In this document: one piece after another, positions 30,326 through 40,242 of the stretch
How positions within the stretch are numbered: the first letter of the stretch is position 1
Layout: each line of letters starts with the position of its first letter
Source: a virus
Virus record (IMG/VR): IMGVR_UViG_3300037423_001503
Strand: one strand, 5' to 3'
DNA length: 64,000 nt
Position numbers and translations under genes: made by a program
The notes under the pieces: model-generated
What the model was told of the DNA's origin: nothing
Database searches by the model: none
The model's input: only the letters and a program-made list of their open reading frames with translations

Positions 30326-30616
30326 ATTTCACGCCGAAGGAAGGGAGCAGAACCAGAGCCTCGGGTTTTGACCGAGGACGTGCAGGTAATTCTCCGTCGA
30401 GTAGTTCGCCCAGATCAAGACGATGAGGGCGCGTCGGTTGCGACGATTGCGGAGAAGGCAGACACATCAACACGGACCGTCTATCGCGTCTTGGCCGGCA
30501 CAACCAAGACGCTGTCGTTGAGCCTGGCGGACCGACTGTGCATCGCCGCGGACGCGCATCTCTCCGAGTGCCGCCTCTCGTGGCCCGACGGTAGGGTCGA
30601 GCCCTACTTGTGGTAA
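30326..30616 (+). CDS. HTH transcriptional regulator (start is ATT 30326 or TTG 30368)
   Basis: SVATIAEKADTSTRTVYRVL...LADRLC. Confidence 0.75.
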   Translation: MSRRRKGAEPEPRVLTEDVQVILRRVVRPDQDDEGASVATIAEKADTSTRTVYRVLAGTTKTLSLSLADRLCIAADAHLSECRLSWPDGRVEPYLW

Positions 30617-30697
30617 TCGCGGTACCGACCTTTCCGAACCAACACGGACCTCGGTAACACCGCTCCATAGGTGAGATCTACGGCCCAATAGGGCCTT

Positions 30698-30720
30698 TTT
30701 GTCAATCTGGTCGGTAGATT
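30698..30720 (+). promoter_or_regulatory. Putative late promoter for terS, leaderless
   Basis: TTTGTCA-N10-TAGATT-N7-ATG, directly after the terminator hairpin ggccc-aata-gggcc-ttttt. Confidence 0.6.
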
Positions 30721-30727
30721 ACGGTCT

Positions 30728-31177
30728 ATGGCTCGCATCTCAAAGCTCGCTAACCCAGACTTCGCAAAGGCCGTCGCCGAGGCATACGTGAACGGTATGT
30801 CTCGTGAAGAGATGGCTGATGAGTTCGCCTGCCATAAGGACACCATCACGATCTGGACACGTGACCCGCGCGTTCAGGCACACGTCTCTCGTCTCGCGCA
30901 GGAGCGCGTCAATCGCATCACGCGCAAGATTGATAAGGAGATCGAAGGCCGTCTCCAGGACGCAGAGGAGATGGACACCGAGGTCTTGCTGAAGATCCGC
31001 AAGGAGTTCCTCGGCAACGTCATCAAGCCAATCGAGGGTGCCGGCGCTGACCGTGCCGAGACCGTATCTGAGACCATCAAGGCTGTCGAGGAATCGCCGG
31101 ACCTTGCCGATGCGCTACAGCAGCTACTCCTGGGCGGCGGGCACAACGCTACGCGCGAGCCCAACGCGGACGAGTAA
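30728..31177 (+). CDS. terS: Terminase small subunit (HTH)
   Basis: N-terminal HTH (GMSREEMADEFACHKDTITIW); upstream of terL. Confidence 0.65.
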   Translation: MARISKLANPDFAKAVAEAYVNGMSREEMADEFACHKDTITIWTRDPRVQAHVSRLAQERVNRITRKIDKEIEGRLQDAEEMDTEVLLKIRKEFLGNVIKPIEGAGADRAETVSETIKAVEESPDLADALQQLLLGGGHNATREPNADE

Positions 31178-31304
31178 TGCACTTCAAGAAGTGCTCAAGA
31201 TGTGATGATCATTACACGTTGACTGTCGGTCGGCTTGTTCTGGCAACCCGAACCATCAATGAGCGGCGGGCGTTCCTCATCGGCTCTAGGATGTTGATGT
31301 TCTA

Positions 31305-32867
31305 GTGATCTCTGACGAGGGCCGTCAGAACATCATCGACGCGCACAAGGAGCGCACCACCGATTCACGGCGCGAGAATGACGCGCGCATGGATCGTCTG
31401 CTCGCGCTGGCGCAGGCAGATCCGCAGGCTTTCCAGAGCCTTGTCCAGAAGGTCATGGGCAAGATGCTGGTCCCTCACTCCGAAGGCCAGAAGGAAGTAC
31501 TCACCGCTGAAGAACGCTTCCTCGTCCTTTGTGCAGGTCGCCGGTGGGGAAAGTCGCAAATCGGGGCGGCGAAGGCGCTTCGCACGGCTCGCAAGCCGCG
31601 CCAAATCGTATGGTGGGTCGCGCCGACCTACAAGGTCGTCAAGCGTGGCTACGAGGCCGTAGTCAAGCAGTGCCCGGACGAGCTTCTCCAGAAGCCCGCG
31701 CCGCCATCGTCTGGCTTTGACGCCGGCCGTGCGATTCGCTTGAACTTCAAGAACGGAACCATCATGGAGTTCTACTCCGCCGAGCGCCCAGAGGGCATGC
31801 TGGGCGGTAGCTGCGACTTCATGATTCTCGACGAGGCCGCGACGATGCCTGAGCACGTCTGGACTCAGATCATTCGAGCAACCCTTGCAGACCGCAAGGG
31901 CAAGGCATTGTTCATCTCCACTCCACGCGGTAAGAACTGGTTCTACCGCATGTGGATGAACGGCCAGGATCCCCAACAGCCGGAGTATCGCTCGTGGCGG
32001 TTCCCGAGCCGGACGAACCCAACCATCGATCCGGCCGAGTTCGACGGCATGGAGGCCGAGCTTCCGCTTGCCGTCTACGAGCAGGAGATCCTCGCCGAGT
32101 TCATCTCCAACGCCGCCAGCGTCTTTAGGTTCCCGAGGGCTCGCGATCCCGAGACCGGCGAGGAATCCAACGATCTACGCAGCCCTGCGATCGTCGAGAT
32201 GGTGCAGCCGCGCGGCCATGTAATCCTCGGCATCGACCTCGCCAAGCACAACGACTTCTCGGTCCTCTTCGGAGTCCGGGCCGGCGATCGACAGCCGTGC
32301 TGGCACGATCGATTCAATCAAGTTTCGTGGCCGAAGCAGCGGGCACTCATCAACGAAGCCGTCGATGAGATCCTCAGGACCGCTGACGGCGTTACGCTCG
32401 TCGTGGACTCCACCGGCGTCGGTGACGTCATCTACGACGACCTCGCCGAGGCCGGCTATGACGTCGTCGGCATCAAGTTCTCGCCTCAGTGGAAGACGTC
32501 GGCGGTTCAGCTTCTGTCGGCAGATCTTGAGCGCGGTCACGCCTTCATCATCGAGGAGATGCTGCCTGAGTTCGAGTCCTACTCGTACTCGATCAGCGAA
32601 AGCGGACGGTGGAAGTACGAGGCAGCCACGGGGCATGACGATGAGGTCTCCGCGGCACTCCTCGCGCATTGGGGAGTCGTCCACTCCGGCGTCCCCAACA
32701 TCCAAACGCTTCACGGGGGTGGGGACTCGATCGTCGGCGAGTCAAGCGACGAGTTCCTCGTTTGGGAAGATGAAGCCGAGATCGTCGACACCGGCGTCGC
32801 TCAGGTCCGCACCGTCGCGGTTCCGACGATCGCTGACCTGATGAACAACCCCAACTCCTGGGGCTAG
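31305..32867 (+). CDS. terL: Terminase large subunit
   Basis: AGRRWGKS, ILDEAA, ISTPRG, GIDLA, HDDEV. Confidence 0.95.
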   Translation: MISDEGRQNIIDAHKERTTDSRRENDARMDRLLALAQADPQAFQSLVQKVMGKMLVPHSEGQKEVLTAEERFLVLCAGRRWGKSQIGAAKALRTARKPRQIVWWVAPTYKVVKRGYEAVVKQCPDELLQKPAPPSSGFDAGRAIRLNFKNGTIMEFYSAERPEGMLGGSCDFMILDEAATMPEHVWTQIIRATLADRKGKALFISTPRGKNWFYRMWMNGQDPQQPEYRSWRFPSRTNPTIDPAEFDGMEAELPLAVYEQEILAEFISNAASVFRFPRARDPETGEESNDLRSPAIVEMVQPRGHVILGIDLAKHNDFSVLFGVRAGDRQPCWHDRFNQVSWPKQRALINEAVDEILRTADGVTLVVDSTGVGDVIYDDLAEAGYDVVGIKFSPQWKTSAVQLLSADLERGHAFIIEEMLPEFESYSYSISESGRWKYEAATGHDDEVSAALLAHWGVVHSGVPNIQTLHGGGDSIVGESSDEFLVWEDEAEIVDTGVAQVRTVAVPTIADLMNNPNSWG

Positions 32868-33143
32868 AAAAGATCTCACACATCTAGTCTACTGCGTGGT
32901 ACGCTACCGCGCATGGACGAACCTGATGCCCTCTTCCCAGCGCCGCCCGCGGGCTGGCAGTATGGTGTCGTCATGGCCGACGGGACCGTTTGGGGCTGTG
33001 GGACGAGCGAGCACGGGCGCTGGCTTCAGCGCCGACGCCTCAGCTACTCCAACGTCTCTGGCCCGTGTCTGTTGCCAGGCTCGGCGGATCTGAATCAGCG
33101 GCACCGTCGCCTCGCCCTCGGCTCTTGACAGCCGAACGCGGAC

Positions 33144-33172
33144 TTGACTCGGAGTGGCCGCGCTGCTAGCCT
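33144..33172 (+). promoter_or_regulatory. SigA-type promoter, leaderless
   Basis: TTGACT-N17-TAGCCT with TG extension, N8 to GTG 33181. Confidence 0.6.
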
Positions 33173-33180
33173 TCTCGGCC

Positions 33181-33501
33181 GTGAACGAGAACCCCTGCAC
33201 CGACTGGCTTACCGGTCCATTCAGCGCCTACCCAGGCGACCGTGAACTTCTCGACCGCCTCGGTCTCAAGACCTACGGCTACCCATTCTCAGAGTTGATG
33301 AAGCTGGGTCAGGTGGTCTTCGACAACGAGGCCAAGGTTGACGTCTTCGTACTTGCGCTGCCGGCGCAGTCATGGAACTTCGTCATCACGCGTCCGGACG
33401 AGGAGAGCTTCAAGCTCTCGACCGGGACTGGTAAGTTCACGGAGTTCTGGCCGATGGCTGCGATGCTGGCCACCAACTGCGTCTCCGTGAGTAGGTTGTG
33501 A
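33181..33501 (+). CDS. Hypothetical protein
   Basis: Start lies behind the 33144 promoter. Confidence 0.55.
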   Translation: MNENPCTDWLTGPFSAYPGDRELLDRLGLKTYGYPFSELMKLGQVVFDNEAKVDVFVLALPAQSWNFVITRPDEESFKLSTGTGKFTEFWPMAAMLATNCVSVSRL

Positions 33502-33502
33502 C

Positions 33503-33805
33503 GTGCGTTTGACGGATGAGCATCTTCACGCGCTCGTTGCCAATAACCCCAACGACGAGGATCTTCTCCAGGAGCTACGCCAACGCGTGCGCTGGGCAGC
33601 GATCCGGGCGATCCCTGCGCGACGGGGCTACTGTAGCGCCGGCAAGCGAGTCGTGCTCGACGAGAAGGGCGCGTACTCGTCCGGGTACCCAATGCATTAC
33701 GAGGAGGAGTTCACGACGTGTATGCACACAGGCAGAATCGTGTTTGACGAGCCCAACGCGCGCACTCTGCGACTCCAGGCGCTGATCGAGGAGTTGAGAC
33801 CATGA
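33503..33805 (+). CDS. Hypothetical protein
   Basis: Coupled ORF. Confidence 0.5.
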   Translation: MRLTDEHLHALVANNPNDEDLLQELRQRVRWAAIRAIPARRGYCSAGKRVVLDEKGAYSSGYPMHYEEEFTTCMHTGRIVFDEPNARTLRLQALIEELRP

Positions 33806-34053
33806 AGCATCCACTGGAGGGCGCGACCGTCGCCCGCGTCGTGTTCGATGCGCGGGTCGAGACACACTACTCATGGCTAACGCCCGAAGATGACCTGCAT
33901 GATCGCCTATTTGTCCGCGACGGCCAGGTCTACGGTGAGCACGACGTGGAGCTTGCCATCGAGACCATCGACGGGCGCGTCTTCACGGCCAATACGTGTG
34001 GTTGTTGCTGCGGCATCGGCGGCGAACTCGGCGACGCCGATCGGATTCTCTGA
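33802..34053 (+). CDS. Hypothetical protein
   Basis: GAGGAG SD; CGCCC motif. Confidence 0.5.
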   Translation: MKHPLEGATVARVVFDARVETHYSWLTPEDDLHDRLFVRDGQVYGEHDVELAIETIDGRVFTANTCGCCCGIGGELGDADRIL

Positions 34054-34240
34054 TGGCAGCCTTGACCGCCGATGAGGCCGGCGAGATCGTCGGTCTGCTA
34101 AGTTCTGTGAGGAAGATGGACAAGGTTCGCCCTGATCCGATCCTGCTCTACGACTCAAACGGCGAGTACGTCGGACAGATCAAGTACGACACCCACAACG
34201 GTTACATGTACTACCTGCCGGGCGATCTTGGGGTGGACGA

Positions 34241-34558
34241 GTGAAGGGAACCTGCGGGTCGCAGGACTGGGCTTACACTGATAATGGAAACGTCATCATC
34301 TACGGTACCTGCGAGCGAGAGCCTTTTCACGAAGGACGCCACGTCGAGCACCGAGATGGAAAGCTCTGGGCCGAGTGGTCCGACCTCTCCTGGCGGCGCG
34401 CGCCCACTGAGTGGGAGACCCGCGCCGCAGAACTAGCACAAGCCCTGCTCGACATCGCTGAGATCGCGATGCCAGATACGTACTTTGAGACCGATTCGCG
34501 CTGCCAGATGGCGCGTCAGACACTGGAGGCGTTGGGCTATGCCGACGATGAGGAATGA
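34241..34558 (+). CDS. Hypothetical protein
   Basis: Coupled ORF. Confidence 0.5.
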   Translation: MKGTCGSQDWAYTDNGNVIIYGTCEREPFHEGRHVEHRDGKLWAEWSDLSWRRAPTEWETRAAELAQALLDIAEIAMPDTYFETDSRCQMARQTLEALGYADDEE

Positions 34559-35057
34559 AATCATCGAAGGCGCGCTAGAGATTCTGCGCGACCCAAAAAG
34601 CTGCACGAGTGGCGGTATGAGCCGACGCAGCGAGGGCCGTTACTGTGCGGCCGGCGCGCTGCTGAAGTCCGCGAGAGATCTCGGCGTCGACCTCAAGGAT
34701 CATGTCGACCGCCCTACGATCAGCCGCGCCGTGCTGGCCTTCATGGATGGCAACCGCGAGCGCACAGTCGAGATCCTTGAGCAGGCGCGAGCGTAGTGGG
34801 CTGCGTCTACTGTGATAGTCTGCTCTGCCGCTGCCCGCAACCACCTCCGCCGGATCCTGATCTCGTCGCCTGGGCGTCGGTTGGGCGCACGGGTATGTGT
34901 GTGCATTCCAGAAGAACCGAGGGCTGCGCGGGCTGTGAACTCCGACGTCTACGAGCGGCGCTGCGGCAGACCGCCCAAGACCTGATCGAGATCTCACACG
35001 CGTACTACGTCACAGATCCGCGCCGACGCCGAGCGCAGCTAATCCTAGAGGAACTCA

Positions 35058-36197
35058 ATGACCAGAACTGATCCCGCAGTCTTCAACCTACCCGTCGACA
35101 AGCTCCGCGAGGGCTACTACGCCGACGCGTACTTCAACCGCGCCCGTGAACTCCTGATCGCCAACGGGCGTCATCCTCGCGTCGTGATGCAGGTCTTCCA
35201 GCGAGAGCACAGCTTCGCTGGTGGTGTCGATGAGGCCATCGCGATGCTGAAGCTCGGCGCGGGCGGCTACTACACGTGGAACTCGGCCGGCGACACCATG
35301 GTGAGGGCTCCCGGACCTGGGCGTCCCATCGGTGGCTACTGGAAGGACGGCTTCGAAGACCTCGTCGTCAAGGCGCTTCCCGAGGGCGCAGAGATCTCGC
35401 CGTGGGAGCCGGTGCTTCAGATCGAGGGCGACTACACGCTGTTTGCGCATCTTGAGACCACCATGCTGGGTGTGATGGCGCGCCGCAGCCTCGTCATGCG
35501 TAACGTCAAGGAAGCGATCGCGGCAGCGAACGGTAAGCCGATTTGGTTCTTCCCGGCTCGCCACGACCACTGGGCGGTTCAGACCGGTGACGGAATCGCC
35601 GCGCATCAGGCGGGCATTGAGGGCGTCTCCACTGACGCCGGTGCCTCGTGGTGGGGCGGACGAGGGATGGGGACGATCCCACACGCGCTGATCGCCGCCT
35701 ATGGCGGTGACACCGTCACTGCGGCGCGAGAGTTCGCCCAGCGCTACAAGGACTCCATGAACGTGACCGTGTTGGTGGACTTCCACAACGACTCCGTCCA
35801 TACGGCACTTCAGGTGGCTGAGGAACTTGGCGACGACCTGTGGGGCGTCCGACTCGACACGTCCGGCAATCTCGTCGACTACGAGATCCAGCGCGATCTC
35901 AACTACGGCGAGTACGCACCGACTGGCGTGAACCCAAGGCTCGTTGAGCTTGTCCGGAGAAGGCTTGACGATAACGGGCACGAGAACGTGAAGATCGTCG
36001 TCTCTGGCGGCTTCAAGGCCGCCAAGATCCGCGAGTTCGAGCGCCTCCATGTCCCGGTTGATGCCTATGGTGTGGGAAGCTCACTGATTCGCGGATCCAA
36101 CGACTACACCGCCGACATCGTACGCACCAACGACGCGCAGTGCGCGAAGGTCGGACGATGGGAACGCGACGACTCACGGCTGGAAGTCGTTCGATGA
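35058..36197 (+). CDS. pncB: Nicotinate phosphoribosyltransferase (type II PRTase, NAPRTase/QAPRTase family)
   Basis: YYADAYF, FPARH, GTIPHA, LVDF, GVRLDTS, KIVVSGG, YGVGS. Confidence 0.85.
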   Translation: MTRTDPAVFNLPVDKLREGYYADAYFNRARELLIANGRHPRVVMQVFQREHSFAGGVDEAIAMLKLGAGGYYTWNSAGDTMVRAPGPGRPIGGYWKDGFEDLVVKALPEGAEISPWEPVLQIEGDYTLFAHLETTMLGVMARRSLVMRNVKEAIAAANGKPIWFFPARHDHWAVQTGDGIAAHQAGIEGVSTDAGASWWGGRGMGTIPHALIAAYGGDTVTAAREFAQRYKDSMNVTVLVDFHNDSVHTALQVAEELGDDLWGVRLDTSGNLVDYEIQRDLNYGEYAPTGVNPRLVELVRRRLDDNGHENVKIVVSGGFKAAKIREFERLHVPVDAYGVGSSLIRGSNDYTADIVRTNDAQCAKVGRWERDDSRLEVVR

Positions 36198-36376
36198 AGG
36201 TCATCTCCGTAGACGGCGACGACCGCGCCGTGATCATCACATCGCTGGGCGACGCAGAACTCGATGCCGTCAAGATCTGCATGGACGCACTACGCGACCT
36301 CGACCGAAAGGCCGCGGCCCGAGCGGCGGCCTACGTTGCTGAGCGCTACAAGCTCGGCATTTTGGAGGATCTCTAG

Positions 36377-37159
36377 ATGGGTCGAGTTGAGCGCGACCGC
36401 CTTGGCGCGCGCATGAAGGAGTACGAGGCGCAGTGCAGGTTCGTGCTGCCACGCCGCACCTACACGATCCTGCGTCTCGACGGGCGCGCGTTCCACTCCT
36501 GGACCAAGGGTCTCAATCGTCCCTACGACGAAACCATGCTGACCGCGATGGCTGCGACGTCGAAGAAGCTTTGCTCGGAGATCTCGGGCGCTGTGTTCGC
36601 GTACACGCAGAGCGACGAGATCAGCATCCTCGTTCAGGACTTCGCATCGCCGGATACGCAGCCCTGGTTTGGCGGCGTGGTGCAGAAGCTGGCTAGCGTC
36701 TCAGCGTCGGTCGCTACGGCCGAGTTCAACTCCTACTGGGAACGCCCGCCGGCCTATTTCGACGCGCGCTGCTTCACCATCGAACAGGCCGTTGAGGTTG
36801 CCAACTACTTCGTGTGGCGGCAGAAGGACGCGCGCCGCAACGCCATCAGCATGATCGCCGAGCAGCACTGGTCGGCGAACGAGCTTCACGGACGCCCAAC
36901 TTCGGCGCGCCGCGAGATGCTCGAAGCTCAAGGCCTGGACCTTGATCGAGAGGACCAGCGCTTCATGATGGGCCAGGTCGTGTACCCGGTTACGGTTTTC
37001 GAGTCGGTCGTCTACACCGACAAGCGCACCGGTGAGGAGTGCCGAACGCCTATGGTCGAACGACGCGTGCTCGATACGATCCCAGCGCCTGAGTTCCGCG
37101 CCGACCAGGGCTGGCTTGTCGAGCAGATCCACAACATTCCCGACGCTGTGGCTGCGTAA
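36377..37159 (+). CDS. thg1: tRNA(His) guanylyltransferase / Thg1-like 3'-5' polymerase
   Basis: RMKEYE, RLDGRAFH, YTQSDEIS, FDAR, YFVWRQKDA.RN. Confidence 0.92.
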   Translation: MGRVERDRLGARMKEYEAQCRFVLPRRTYTILRLDGRAFHSWTKGLNRPYDETMLTAMAATSKKLCSEISGAVFAYTQSDEISILVQDFASPDTQPWFGGVVQKLASVSASVATAEFNSYWERPPAYFDARCFTIEQAVEVANYFVWRQKDARRNAISMIAEQHWSANELHGRPTSARREMLEAQGLDLDREDQRFMMGQVVYPVTVFESVVYTDKRTGEECRTPMVERRVLDTIPAPEFRADQGWLVEQIHNIPDAVAA

Positions 37160-37423
37160 TGGAAATCCAGGCGCTACTAACGATCGTACTTATTGTGCTT
37201 GCCTACCGAGCCGGACGACGCGACGAACGAGAGGGACGATGAGGTACCCGATCAAGCTCAACGACGGCTACACCTGCCAGGGCTACGACGCCGACGGACG
37301 ATACATCGTGTTCGACGACTTGCTCGGCGAGGGCGAACGTGTAGGACCGTCTGACGGCGAAGGCAACGTACACGTGAATGCATACGTCGTGCGACGCGAG
37401 GACGGCCTGTGGGTGGAGGCGCT

Positions 37424-37831
37424 GTGAGCTTCACGGTGATGATCGCAGTGCATCGCGACGTACTGCCGCCCGTTCTGGGTATGCGTCACCTAGTTGGTAT
37501 CAACCTGCGCGGCGGTTACGACGCCGTTCTGGAGTTCGACAATCCGGTCTCCTTCGAGGGCACGGTCGATGAGGTTCGCCAAAGGACACGTAGTCACGTG
37601 TTTAGCGCGGCGCACTCGCACAACGGGTTCCGTGACGCCGCCATGCTGCGGTACACACCGTTCAAGACCGGCACCGAGTGGGGACAAGCTCGCGTCGCAG
37701 CGATACCAGAGGACCGACGCTGCGAGAAGTGCGCCGGTACAGGCAATGATGTCATTCTGGCCTCCAACGGTGGCGTCGGTGAAGTCGTAATCTGTTGGCC
37801 ATGTGAAGGCACTGGAAGGAAGAAGGCATGA
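37424..37831 (+). CDS. Hypothetical protein with a DnaJ-like Zn finger
   Basis: CEKCAGTG...CWPCEGTG. Confidence 0.55.
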   Translation: MSFTVMIAVHRDVLPPVLGMRHLVGINLRGGYDAVLEFDNPVSFEGTVDEVRQRTRSHVFSAAHSHNGFRDAAMLRYTPFKTGTEWGQARVAAIPEDRRCEKCAGTGNDVILASNGGVGEVVICWPCEGTGRKKA

Positions 37832-38091
37832 CTCTCTACGAGGCGATGCAGGTGTTGGTGCGATTCCATTCTTGGGATTTCGGTGACCGCGGACACGGCT
37901 TGTGCGATCAGACGTTGCGCGCCGAGCTTGCTCAACTAATCGACGCGGCAGACCTCGCCGACGTGCGCGTGACGCTCGGACGGTTCGTTCGCGAAGAGTT
38001 CCTGAGCGAAGATGCTCTCGACGCAGGCTACGGGCCTGAGGACGCGCTGGATTTCCTGAATTGGTTCTGCGCAGGAGATTTCCGACCGTGA
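37828..38091 (+). CDS. Hypothetical protein
   Basis: ATGA coupling. Confidence 0.5.
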   Translation: MTLYEAMQVLVRFHSWDFGDRGHGLCDQTLRAELAQLIDAADLADVRVTLGRFVREEFLSEDALDAGYGPEDALDFLNWFCAGDFRP

Positions 38092-39230
38092 GCATTTCTC
38101 ATCAGGAGACACTCGACGAGATCAAGTACAACGACCCCCTGATCGAGATCAACCAGAGGTGGTCTATCTGCGACGACGCCGGCTTACCCTACAGGGTCAT
38201 CAGGGTGCTATGTCGACACCCAGATGATGGTAATGACGGACAGCGTCGTTGGGTTTGCGAAGAGCAGCCTGCACACTTGGGGTTCAAGGGAATCGGCGTC
38301 TGGGACGAGTACCAGATCAGAAGGGTGTTCAGGCCGCATGGTTAGCAGGGCTCTGGTGGTGTTGCTTTTTCTGTTTGAGGCCATTGTGCTGGTCGCGACG
38401 GGCTACGTTGCGTTCAATGCTTGGGTCTTCGGAGGCGTCGGGCCTGGTATAGCCGCCACGAGCATCGTCGTTGTCGTGGCTGTTGTGCTCGGCTGGGGGC
38501 TGTGGGAGATTTGGACGAGCTAGGCTCCTGGTACCCAGGGAAGCGTTGCCCGCGCGAGGCCGAGCTTCCCTTGGATCTCATGGTGAGAATGTTGATGGAC
38601 GACCGGCGCATCGTTGCCGGTCGTGTCATGTACACGCCGCTTCAGGTCGCAGCGATCTATGCGAACTACAACCACAAGTACGTCAAGGATGAGGACACGA
38701 GAGACTTGATCCGTCGCCTACTTCAGATCCACGGCCGAGCCGTCGACCGAAACGAACCACTACCAGAGGAGATGGAGCTTTGAAGCTCTTCATCGCTAGA
38801 ACCGTCGTGTATGCGTTCTTCGTCTCAACAGTACTATTCCTGGTCATCGCCCCGATCATCAACCCGCAGGTCCTGATCTGCTACGGGATTGTCGCCTTGC
38901 TGGCCCTGGTTATTTGGGCGCTCGTTACAGTCGAGGACAACGACCGATGAACATCAACGATTGGATCGGACACATCGACGGCCTGCGACGCGAGGACGAA
39001 CTTCTAGCTGTCGGCGAATGGCACGGCTACCTAAGGGAGTTCGGTAGCGGTGGGCCGCTGCGCGGCAACTACGTGCTCGTTCGGTGGCGCACTCCTACCG
39101 TGTTGGTCTCGCACGACGACCCCGACGAGTGCGTCAAGCTGGCGCGGCGCATCGAGCGCGCAGCGATGTGGAAGTACATCGACAACGAGGAGCGCCCCGC
39201 GGTGTGGGCGCAGGAGGCCGAGGATCAGTC

Positions 39231-39668
39231 GTGACCGACTACAGCGACGCCCTCGCGGTTGTCGATGATCTGATCGCGGAGGAGGCCGCGCTGGCCAACA
39301 AGATTTGTGCCGCCGATCCCATAGGCTGGACGCGCCTCGGACTGGGTACGTCGTCTGGGGCTCGACTCCATGCATTTCAGGAGGTCAAGCGGCGGCTCAT
39401 CAGTCACGGCGTCCGCGACCGTGAAGAGGCCTGCATCATCGTCCAGTGGGACGAGGGCTACGGCGAGTGGTTCGCCTATTGCCGCAAGTGCGGCAAGCGA
39501 GTCAGCAACGCCTACGCGCTGCGACACGAAGTCGACGACATGGGTCGCGTCGTCGATTGTGGCGTTGAGTTCAAGCACGTAACCACGCCCTACATTGGCG
39601 CGCTCCGCGAGGAGGTCAAGTCGCTACGCGACGACCTTACCTTCATTGATGTAGACTTTGCATCATGA
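39231..39668 (+). CDS. Hypothetical protein
   Basis: GAGGA SD, GTGA coupling; CRKC. Confidence 0.5.
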   Translation: MTDYSDALAVVDDLIAEEAALANKICAADPIGWTRLGLGTSSGARLHAFQEVKRRLISHGVRDREEACIIVQWDEGYGEWFAYCRKCGKRVSNAYALRHEVDDMGRVVDCGVEFKHVTTPYIGALREEVKSLRDDLTFIDVDFAS

Positions 39669-39824
39669 GCCTCAATCAGCCGCAAGACGACCAGAAGGTG
39701 TGCCCGACCTGTAACGGCACAGGCATGGCGTCGAAGTACGACATGGGTTGGCGCACGCTCATGCACAGCGACGAGTTCGCGCGCAAGGTCACCTGCGTGC
39801 CCTGCGCCGGCACGGGCGTCGTCT

Positions 39825-40151
39825 ATGCGTGAACGAGTCCTCCATCTGACGCGCGATGACTTCAAGTGGGACTATTACCGCGCTAGCGGTAATGGCGGCC
39901 AGAACCGCAACAAGCGCGACACCGCCGTACGGTGCACACATGCGCCCTCTGGTGCGGTCGGCAACGCAGCCGACGAGCGCACACAGGGCAAGAACCGTAA
40001 GCTCGCCTTCAAGCGCTGCACCGACGACCCGAAGTTCCGTCGTTGGCTGGCCATCGAGCACGCCAGAACCCTAGTTGGCCGCGATCGATGGGTCGACCAG
40101 CAGATGCGGCCCGAGAATCTCTTGATCGAGTACGGCCCATTCGATCGTTAG
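39825..40151 (+). CDS. RF-1 domain (GGQ) peptidyl-tRNA hydrolase, ArfB/PrfH-like
   Basis: YRASGNGGQNRNKRDTAVRCTH.PSG...ERTQGKNRKLAFKR. Confidence 0.9.
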   Translation: MRERVLHLTRDDFKWDYYRASGNGGQNRNKRDTAVRCTHAPSGAVGNAADERTQGKNRKLAFKRCTDDPKFRRWLAIEHARTLVGRDRWVDQQMRPENLLIEYGPFDR

Positions 40152-40182
40152 AGCCTCGTCCGCGCACCTCATTTAGGACACA

Positions 40183-40219
40183 AAGAAGCCCTGAAGGCAA
40201 CCACCTTCAGGGCTTTCTT
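40183..40219. terminator. Bidirectional terminator where the two transcription arms converge
   Basis: aagaagccctgaagg-N6-ccttcagggctttctt with A/T-rich flanks on both sides. Confidence 0.8.
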
Positions 40220-40242
40220 ATTGTTGTCTTTTGTTGCCGGCC

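Noticed and set aside
35088-36050. 320-aa - strand ORF (likewise 847-1848, 15981-16850 and 61201-61947)
   Set aside because: Shadow ORFs opposite well-supported genes
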